From a virus (lineage: Duplodnaviria > Caudoviricetes): a stretch of DNA of 31,208 nt. This document shows positions 26,131 through 31,208 of the stretch, in pieces. The position numbers and the translations under genes are program-made. The notes beneath the pieces are model-generated. The model searched no databases. It saw only the letters and a list, made by a program, of their open reading frames with translations, and was not told the origin of the DNA. The DNA is taken from positions 1 through 31,208 of the IMG/VR virus record IMGVR_UViG_3300030433_001893; one strand, written 5' to 3'. Each line of letters opens with the position of its first letter. Positions within the stretch are counted from its first letter, which is position 1.

Positions 26131-26442
26131 TCAGTCGGGATGTTGCCAGAAATAGGCGCAGTCTTTGGCGAAGGTTCCACCAGTCATCCTCCCTTCAGGG
26201 CAGCCAACATTGCAGTTGGCTTTAACTATTTCCCAGTGTATGCAGTTCATGCAACGCGGCTGAGCGCTGTTCATACAACGTGCATCTGCATACAGCTGCT
26301 CTGCTTCAAGTACTGCTTGCTCAAGCTCAGTAGCTGACAGGCTGTAGGAGACTTTTCCGGTCTTGGTTTTTATCTTGACGCGCCATCCATCGCCATCCTC
26401 GCTAAGGACCATCCGCCCAGCGTGATAACGCAAAGAGGCCAT
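26131..26442 (-). CDS. Cys-cluster protein (possible metal-binding DNA-binding protein)
   Basis: WRVKIK...SLSATELEQAVLEAEQLY N-domain; CMNCIHW...C..GCPE...CAYF C-domain. Confidence 0.7.
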   Translation of the reverse strand: MASLRYHAGRMVLSEDGDGWRVKIKTKTGKVSYSLSATELEQAVLEAEQLYADARCMNSAQPRCMNCIHWEIVKANCNVGCPEGRMTGGTFAKDCAYFWQHPD

Positions 26443-26445
26443 AAA

Positions 26446-26610
26446 TTACCGATAAGTCGATCTCAGTATCTCAGCCGCTTCAAGTGCTGCGCTATGGGTG
26501 TGGCACGGTTCACCCCAATACACAACTGATCCATCAAAAAACCAGGGCTTGAACAGAGGCATGATTCCAAGTGTCACAAGGTGAACTCCAACAGAATTTG
26601 GTTGTCGCAT
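26446..26610 (-). CDS. Hypothetical protein (54 aa), not in ORF track
   Basis: Hand translation MRQPNSVGVHLVTLGIMPLFKPWFFDGSVVYWGEPCHTHSAALEAAEILRSTYR; stop 3 nt before the next start. Confidence 0.6.
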   Translation of the reverse strand: MRQPNSVGVHLVTLGIMPLFKPWFFDGSVVYWGEPCHTHSAALEAAEILRSTYR

Positions 26611-26624
26611 GGCTATGATTCGGG

Positions 26625-26715
26625 CTCTTCACCCTGAAAGGGGCGAAGGACAAGTCACCTGCAGCGGATCAGGTGTGAGGGGTGCGGATGCGTGAGTCGG
26701 CCTTAGTCCGCAACC
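26625..26715. ncRNA. Putative structured intergenic RNA (family not recognised, strand uncertain)
   Basis: 116-nt gap containing nested stems CTCTTCA/TGAGGGG, CCCT-GAAA-GGGG, CACCTG/CAGGTG and TGCGGA/TCCGCA; TATGAT at 26614-26619 upstream on +. Confidence 0.5.
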
Positions 26716-26726
26716 AATTGTGTGGC

Positions 26727-26951
26727 CTAGGTGATGTAGGGCCAGGAAATCTCATCATCTTTTTGCCAAGCGTCAGGCTCGAAGCCTCGTGACGAAACGT
26801 AGTCGGCGAAGACCCGCTGCAGCTCGGTTTTAGACACACCTGCAGCAGCAGCCAGTTTCGCTGCGTTTGCCTTTCCTCGATACAAGAGATCGAGGGCATC
26901 CTCCAGCGCTACACCAGCGCTAAGGTCAATGCGAGACACACCTTTGGTCAT
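26727..26951 (-). CDS. Small HTH-like protein
   Basis: ALDLLYRGKANAAKLAAAAGVSKTELQRVF resembles a helix-turn-helix. Confidence 0.6.
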   Translation of the reverse strand: MTKGVSRIDLSAGVALEDALDLLYRGKANAAKLAAAAGVSKTELQRVFADYVSSRGFEPDAWQKDDEISWPYIT

Positions 26952-27021
26952 GCCCTATCACTACGACGACAAAAAGAAAGGCACCAAAAAAGGCGGCAGC
27001 AAGAAAGGCGGCAAGAAGTAA
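26950..27021 (+). CDS. Lys/Gly-rich micropeptide (23 aa), not in ORF track
   Basis: MPYHYDDKKKGTKKGGSKKGGKK* exactly fills the gap between two - strand genes. Confidence 0.5.
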   Translation: MPYHYDDKKKGTKKGGSKKGGKK

Positions 27022-27240
27022 TCACTTGATCACTTCAATGGCCGCTTCAGGCCACCGAGCCTTGCCGTACTTGATGGCAGCAGTCTTGTTTTCAGCAGAG
27101 GTGCGCCAGATCATTGGCGCAGCCTGCCCGTTGCGTACTAGCAGCTTAAATGGCTTGGTCTTGACACCCTTCCTGGGATGGCTGATGCCATCACCATGCT
27201 GCGCTTGCGCATGGTTGTCATTCCATTGAAAGGTCGTCAC
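27022..27240 (-). CDS. Hypothetical protein
   Basis: 72 aa; GDGISHP...AENKTAAIKYGKARWPEA; overlaps the upstream stop. Confidence 0.65.
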   Translation of the reverse strand: MTTFQWNDNHAQAQHGDGISHPRKGVKTKPFKLLVRNGQAAPMIWRTSAENKTAAIKYGKARWPEAAIEVIK

Positions 27241-27623
27241 GAAACAGATTCCTTGCGAAGTTGAGCCACCGCACCAACGCGGGACTTGTCGAATAATTGC
27301 TGAGCCTTGAGCGGACCCAGCTCGTTTGAGATCTCTTGTCGTAAATACAAGAGGTGATAGTGGTTCAGCTTTGAGCTATCAAGACTCGCAAGCTCATCGA
27401 TCCTTTCCAGGAACTGCTCGCAGATCTTAATTTTCAAGCTGATTCCATACAGCCAGTCACTCTCAGCGACATCTCTCTCCTCGTGCATTTTCTCCTGCAT
27501 AGAAGAAACTGCTACTTTTAATTCTGCACGAAGAGAGGCAACATCTCTGCCTGGCATATCATCTACTTCGGACAAATAAACTGTTCGATTAAGATAACTG
27601 CTGTTGAAAAACGGTAATCCCAT
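27237..27623 (-). CDS. Hypothetical protein
   Basis: 128-aa ATG ORF, helical, in operon order. Confidence 0.65.
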   Translation of the reverse strand: MGLPFFNSSYLNRTVYLSEVDDMPGRDVASLRAELKVAVSSMQEKMHEERDVAESDWLYGISLKIKICEQFLERIDELASLDSSKLNHYHLLYLRQEISNELGPLKAQQLFDKSRVGAVAQLRKESVS

Positions 27624-27647
27624 TGATAACGGCTGTAAGCGGTGATT

Positions 27648-27884
27648 CTAAGGCAAAGTTACCTTGATGGCACTTCCATTGGCGTTAACGTAAGACAGCG
27701 GGTTGGCTCGCCTCATTAGCCAGATGCCAGCGTGACCGATTGGCGCCACGTTGATTGGTGGCTTGTCAGCAGGGAGCGGGCTCAGGTACTGCACAGTCCA
27801 GCTGGGTGGGCGCTGCAGCAAAACAGGGCGCTTGCTGCCCCAGCGGAGCATGGTGAGGCCGATCTGTTCAATAGTCCGGGACAT
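27648..27884 (-). CDS. Hypothetical protein
   Basis: ATG 27884 overlapping the upstream gene end; 78 aa. Confidence 0.55.
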   Translation of the reverse strand: MSRTIEQIGLTMLRWGSKRPVLLQRPPSWTVQYLSPLPADKPPINVAPIGHAGIWLMRRANPLSYVNANGSAIKVTLP

Positions 27885-28059
27885 AGATCTCCAATAGTTT
27901 TTGTTGACGGGCGACAAGCTCCCCTAGCAGAAGTTGCTTGTCGATCATGTCGCGATACAGCTCAACGGGGATGCGGAGGGACGAACCCTCCGGCAGCTCG
28001 TCAAGCTTTTGGCGAATCCACTCACGCTGCATCTGCGCCGGAGAGTCCGGAATGTCCAT
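27868..28059 (-). CDS. Hypothetical protein
   Basis: 63 aa; TGATG coupling to the upstream gene. Confidence 0.6.
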   Translation of the reverse strand: MDIPDSPAQMQREWIRQKLDELPEGSSLRIPVELYRDMIDKQLLLGELVARQQKLLEIYVPDY

Positions 28060-28493
28060 CAGAAGATGTCCTCTTGCTGGGCTTGGAACACGACCGTGCC
28101 ATCCGTGGTCTTTGCAAGGCTAGCTGCAGCATCTTGAGCAGTTGGCGCAGACGCTGCCAATTCAGACGCTTCTTTAGCTTCACGAGAAGCCATCAGCGTC
28201 TTGTAGTCAGGTGAGTACGCAAGGCTCAAAAACTTCTTGCCGCTCTTGGATTCTTTCTGCCAGCCAGAGATCTTGACAGGCACTACGTCATCCTCGAGGT
28301 AGCTGTCAGTTTTCAGCTCAGTGCGGAGTGCCCAGTGCAAATACTCAACAAAAGCTGCAAGCTCTTTGCGGGGGATGTTCGCAGTGCCGGTGAAGACTGG
28401 ATAGTTCTTGTTGGGGTCATACTTGTCCCCATACAAGCGCTGTTGGTCTTCAGGGCTGTTCTTAAAGATGTTGGAGTTGAACTTGAATTCCAT
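28059..28493 (-). CDS. Probable single-stranded DNA-binding protein (DUF736-like)
   Basis: YPVFTGTANI...KISGWQKESKSGKKFLSL and acidic-aromatic tail QEDIF; next to the recombinase. Confidence 0.65.
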   Translation of the reverse strand: MEFKFNSNIFKNSPEDQQRLYGDKYDPNKNYPVFTGTANIPRKELAAFVEYLHWALRTELKTDSYLEDDVVPVKISGWQKESKSGKKFLSLAYSPDYKTLMASREAKEASELAASAPTAQDAAASLAKTTDGTVVFQAQQEDIF

Positions 28494-28496
28494 GGA

Positions 28497-28688
28497 TTAC
28501 TCCGGGGTGACGGTGTTTGCTTCTTCAAACGCTTCCACGTCTGAGAGCTTGTAGCGGATCTGGTTGTTGATCTTGACGAACTTCGGGCCAGTGCCTTTTG
28601 TCCGCCACCTAATCAACGTTTGACGATGACATTGCCAGCGTTCAGCCAGCTGCTCGTCAGTCAAAAAAATCGTCGGGTTCAATGACAT
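28497..28688 (-). CDS. Excisionase/AlpA-like winged HTH protein
   Basis: FLTDEQLAERWQCHRQTLIRWRTKGTGPKFVKINNQIRYKLSDVEAFE; ATG 28688 preferred. Confidence 0.85.
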   Translation of the reverse strand: MSLNPTIFLTDEQLAERWQCHRQTLIRWRTKGTGPKFVKINNQIRYKLSDVEAFEEANTVTPE

Positions 28689-29346
28689 CGGAAACAGGCT
28701 CGGGTTCAGGGACTGGCACAGGGTCAGCTTTAGGGGCCAACAGGTTCGAGACCTTGTCAAGCTTGTCCTCAGCAGTACTGGGTGCAACCTTGATGTCAGC
28801 CTCAATCACTTCAGCCTCGTCGACACTGCTCATGCCATTGAGAATGTCAGGAATGTAGTCCCTGCCAAAAAAGCTCACGGCACGAGCACGAAGCATCCGT
28901 TGAGGCATTGAACGCCACTTGGTGTTGCGAGTCCAACCCTCAGCCTTTGCCATCTCCAAGGTGATCTTTACGCCACGCACCTCTTCTCCAGAGTCGGCAC
29001 GCTTACAAACCACCTGACAGGAATCTTCTGTCTCGGCATAACCGAAGTCAGTAAACCTGCCGCAGCCCTGGATGGCACCACTGATGAACTCAGACTTCCA
29101 GCTGGGCCTGCCATTGATCACATTGATCGACTGGCAAACATAGGTGGGGTCCATGCCCATCCTGCGAGCGACACCAACAGCGACAACGCAGTTAGAAACT
29201 CCGTTATTGCCCTGGAACTCTCGTGGGACAAACGAGGATGCGGCCAGCATCTTGGCTTGACGCTGTGCAAACTCAAAGCTTGCCTCGCTGACATAAATAG
29301 ACCCAGAGACCTGCGGAACCTGGGTTATGGCGGTTGACTCACTCAT
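28657..29346 (-). CDS. recT: RecT-like single-strand annealing recombinase
   Basis: AKMLAASSFVP..FQG...NC..A...A.RMGMDP..V.QSI.VINGRPSW; MAKAEGW...KW.SMP..ML..RA.SFFGR...PD.L.G; near the RecE-like nuclease. Confidence 0.75.
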   Translation of the reverse strand: MSESTAITQVPQVSGSIYVSEASFEFAQRQAKMLAASSFVPREFQGNNGVSNCVVAVGVARRMGMDPTYVCQSINVINGRPSWKSEFISGAIQGCGRFTDFGYAETEDSCQVVCKRADSGEEVRGVKITLEMAKAEGWTRNTKWRSMPQRMLRARAVSFFGRDYIPDILNGMSSVDEAEVIEADIKVAPSTAEDKLDKVSNLLAPKADPVPVPEPEPVSDVIEPDDFFD

Positions 29347-29587
29347 TGATTACCTCAGGGGCAGGGAGGGCTTGTTCCATACGCAGGCGCAAATCGCCGA
29401 GCTTTTGATTGCTGGGCTCACGCTGACCAGAAAGAATCTGCACAGTGTTCTTGAGCAGCCAGGCAGAGAATGCTTGATCAGTCTCAAAACCAGAGTCGAC
29501 ACGCAACTCTTTGATCTTTTCGCCGTACCAAGGTGACAGAGTCAGCTCGATGCGGGTCTTGTTCTTAGCGCCAGGTTGACGGGCCAT
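29339..29587 (-). CDS. Putative ribbon-helix-helix-like regulator
   Basis: ATG 29587; KTRIELTLSP followed by two helices. Confidence 0.5.
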   Translation of the reverse strand: MARQPGAKNKTRIELTLSPWYGEKIKELRVDSGFETDQAFSAWLLKNTVQILSGQREPSNQKLGDLRLRMEQALPAPEVINE

Positions 29588-29639
29588 AACAAATAAGTAG
29601 ATGGAAAACAGGGACTTACACCTTGTGGATGCCCAGAAA

Positions 29640-30488
29640 TCAGTAAGAAACAGTGATGGGCTCAAATTCAGGCTGACCGCCGTCTTCTTTGGGCAGCATC
29701 CACTTGGGCAAGGAGATCTCCTCTACCCGCTCGGAGTAGCCAGGAAATTTGTCGTCGGCGATCCACTGCGCGATGTTGTTCAGGTCTTCGCGAGCTTGCT
29801 GCTTGCCAAGATCAATCATTGCCTGGTCGGCCATGTACACAGCAGTCGAAAAAGGGCGAGTTTTTTCAACAGCTACGAACAAAAATGCCTGTGGCCGCGT
29901 GCCAGTCGTGCCCTCGATCACGTCGAGGTAATGCGACGCCTGCACGAAGTAGCGATATCGAGCAACGCTGGATTGAAAACCCTTCGGTGACGCATCAACA
30001 GTGGACTTGAGATCGATAATCAGCGACAAATCGTCCATCAAGAAGTCGGGCCTTGCTTTGAGTTCAAGACCGGTCTCAGGATCAGTGCAAAAGAAGCTTT
30101 GCTCAGACTTGCCCTTCAGCTCGCCATTGACGAGACTCGCAGTAAATGGATGCTCACGAAGAGACAGCATCATCTGATCGAGCACATAAGCATCAGACGG
30201 GCTGACGATGATCTTGCCCTTGTGCTCAGCAACAAAAGCTTTGCCCTCCTTTGTGGTCTTCTTCATGCCCTCAGGCATGCGAACAGCAATGTCGTCGACG
30301 TTCTCGCCAGGAAGGCCAGATGCGTGAAACAACGTGCCGAAATCAAACGCAGGAGTCGACTCGCGTGAGGGGCCGTACACCACGTCATAGAAGTGCCGAC
30401 CGCTCTTGCGGGCAGCGTCGAGCTTGCTCTTGGAGATCGCCTTGTGGCCGTGATACTCCGCGTTGCTCATCTCAACTCCAAAACCCAT
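29640..30488 (-). CDS. recE: RecE-like exonuclease VIII (PD-(D/E)XK, DUF3799)
   Basis: MSNAEYH..AISKSKL, FGTLFH, EQSFF..D.ETG..LKARPD, IIDLKST, Y.VQA.HY, FLFVAVEK..PF. Confidence 0.88.
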   Translation of the reverse strand: MGFGVEMSNAEYHGHKAISKSKLDAARKSGRHFYDVVYGPSRESTPAFDFGTLFHASGLPGENVDDIAVRMPEGMKKTTKEGKAFVAEHKGKIIVSPSDAYVLDQMMLSLREHPFTASLVNGELKGKSEQSFFCTDPETGLELKARPDFLMDDLSLIIDLKSTVDASPKGFQSSVARYRYFVQASHYLDVIEGTTGTRPQAFLFVAVEKTRPFSTAVYMADQAMIDLGKQQAREDLNNIAQWIADDKFPGYSERVEEISLPKWMLPKEDGGQPEFEPITVSY

Positions 30489-30495
30489 AAGCACC

Positions 30496-30524
30496 TTGCG
30501 CGTTACTGCCGCATAATATAGCCT
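30496..30524 (+). promoter_or_regulatory. Putative sigma70-type promoter for the helicase
   Basis: TTGCGC (30496-30501), 17-bp spacer, TAGCCT (30519-30524). Confidence 0.5.
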
Positions 30525-30541
30525 GCGCGAAGTCCGTGCAA
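30513..30541 (-). promoter_or_regulatory. Putative sigma70-type promoter for the recE-recT operon
   Basis: On - strand TTGCAC (30541-30536), 17-bp spacer, TATTAT (30518-30513). Confidence 0.6.
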
Positions 30542-30547
30542 CCCCCT

Positions 30548-31208
30548 ATGGCACTGCGTGCCTACCAAGAGCTGGCTATAGCTCAAGTCAGAGAGGCGCT
30601 TGAGAACTATTTCAGAGCCCTTCTGGTGATGCCAACAGGCTCAGGAAAAACAATTGTCTTCGCAAGGATCTGCCGACTGGCAAGTGACAAAGGGCGAAAA
30701 GTTCTCATCCTTGTCCACCGCCGTGAACTCGTAAAACAAGCCTCAGACAAGCTCACGAAAGCCGGTGTTGAGCACGGCATCATCGCTGCAGGCTTTAAGC
30801 CGTCAGCGCATCCAGTGCAAATTGCCTCAGTGCAAACGCTCGCAAGGCGACTCCGCACGGTGTCGATTGAGCCAGACCTGATCATCATTGATGAGTGCCA
30901 TCACGCTGTCGCTGGCTCTTGGGACAAAATTCTCCAACACTTCGGAAACGCAAGAGTCATCGGTGTCACCGCAACACCAAGTCGACTCGACGGTCGCGGC
31001 CTTGGAAGCCATTTCTCAACCCTCGTCTCAGGACCCTCCGTAAAGCTGCTCACAGAGCTTGGGTTCTTGTCACGACACCGGGTTTTCGCGCCGCCTGTTA
31101 TCGCAGATCTGAAAGGAGTAAGAACCAGAGGAGGCGATTACGCAAGTGATCAGCTTTCTGAGGCAATGAATCGCCCGACGATCACTGGGGACGCCATCGC
31201 TCACTACA
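30548..31208 (+). CDS. Superfamily 2 DEAD/DEAH-box helicase, 3'-truncated by window end
   Basis: Hand translation MALRAYQ...MPTGSGKT (Walker A), LVHRRELVKQ, IIIDECHH (motif II), GVTATP.RLDG (motif III); no stop before the window end. Confidence 0.92.
   Translation, partial: MALRAYQELAIAQVREALENYFRALLVMPTGSGKTIVFARICRLASDKGRKVLILVHRRELVKQASDKLTKAGVEHGIIAAGFKPSAHPVQIASVQTLARRLRTVSIEPDLIIIDECHHAVAGSWDKILQHFGNARVIGVTATPSRLDGRGLGSHFSTLVSGPSVKLLTELGFLSRHRVFAPPVIADLKGVRTRGGDYASDQLSEAMNRPTITGDAIAHY

Noticed and set aside
26625-26715. glnA / Downstream-peptide glutamine riboswitch, tRNA or hammerhead ribozyme
   Set aside because: Lacks the CGUU...GGAAGUA...GAACG pattern, a cloverleaf with T-loop, and the CUGANGA core; kept only as an unassigned structured RNA.
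28657-28688. RecT-Xis fusion by slippage on the T7 run at the recT 3' end
   Set aside because: A -1 shift meets an immediate TGA; fusion would need +1 or -2, and the HTH gene has its own ATG at 28688.
27732-30490. Plus-strand ORFs opposite the recombination operon
   Set aside because: Antisense shadows of genes with recognisable motifs.
30607-31149. Track ORFs 30607-30888, 30827-31012 and 30895-31149
   Set aside because: All overlap the helicase frame starting at 30548, which the track missed because it has no stop inside the window.

Overview
31-kb segment of a lambda-like siphovirus genome, most likely a marine cyanophage (Synechococcus-type host inferred from gene content; not provable from this window). 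On the + strand, 1-19.4 kb is a tail module: tail assembly chaperone G/GT with a GGGAAAC -1 slippery site, tape measure protein, gpM/L/K/I homologs, a gpJ central fibre carrying an N-terminal Hint (intein-like) domain, and about 12 accessory fibre, adaptor and chaperone genes. 19.4-25.8 kb is an accessory and lysis region: a small outer-membrane beta-barrel-like protein followed by a terminator, DUF3310, an inverted cassette of exported proteins, small membrane proteins, a C39-like peptidase (probable endolysin) and dCTP deaminase. 25.8-30.5 kb is a - strand early operon (small ORFs, SSB-like, Xis/AlpA-like HTH, RecT-like, RHH-like, RecE-like exonuclease), divergent from an SF2 helicase truncated by the window end. 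Most notable: the Hint domain in gpJ that lacks a +1 nucleophile and is flanked by duplicated IxGAGGG motifs; a structured intergenic element at 26.6 kb carrying a near-perfect cyanobacterial Yfr1 sRNA motif, with a complementary CTCACAC in the terminator loop behind the outer-membrane protein gene; the coupled exported-protein cassette; and an apparent terminal-motif code linking fibre proteins. All calls come from motif reading by eye; no searches or folding computations were run.
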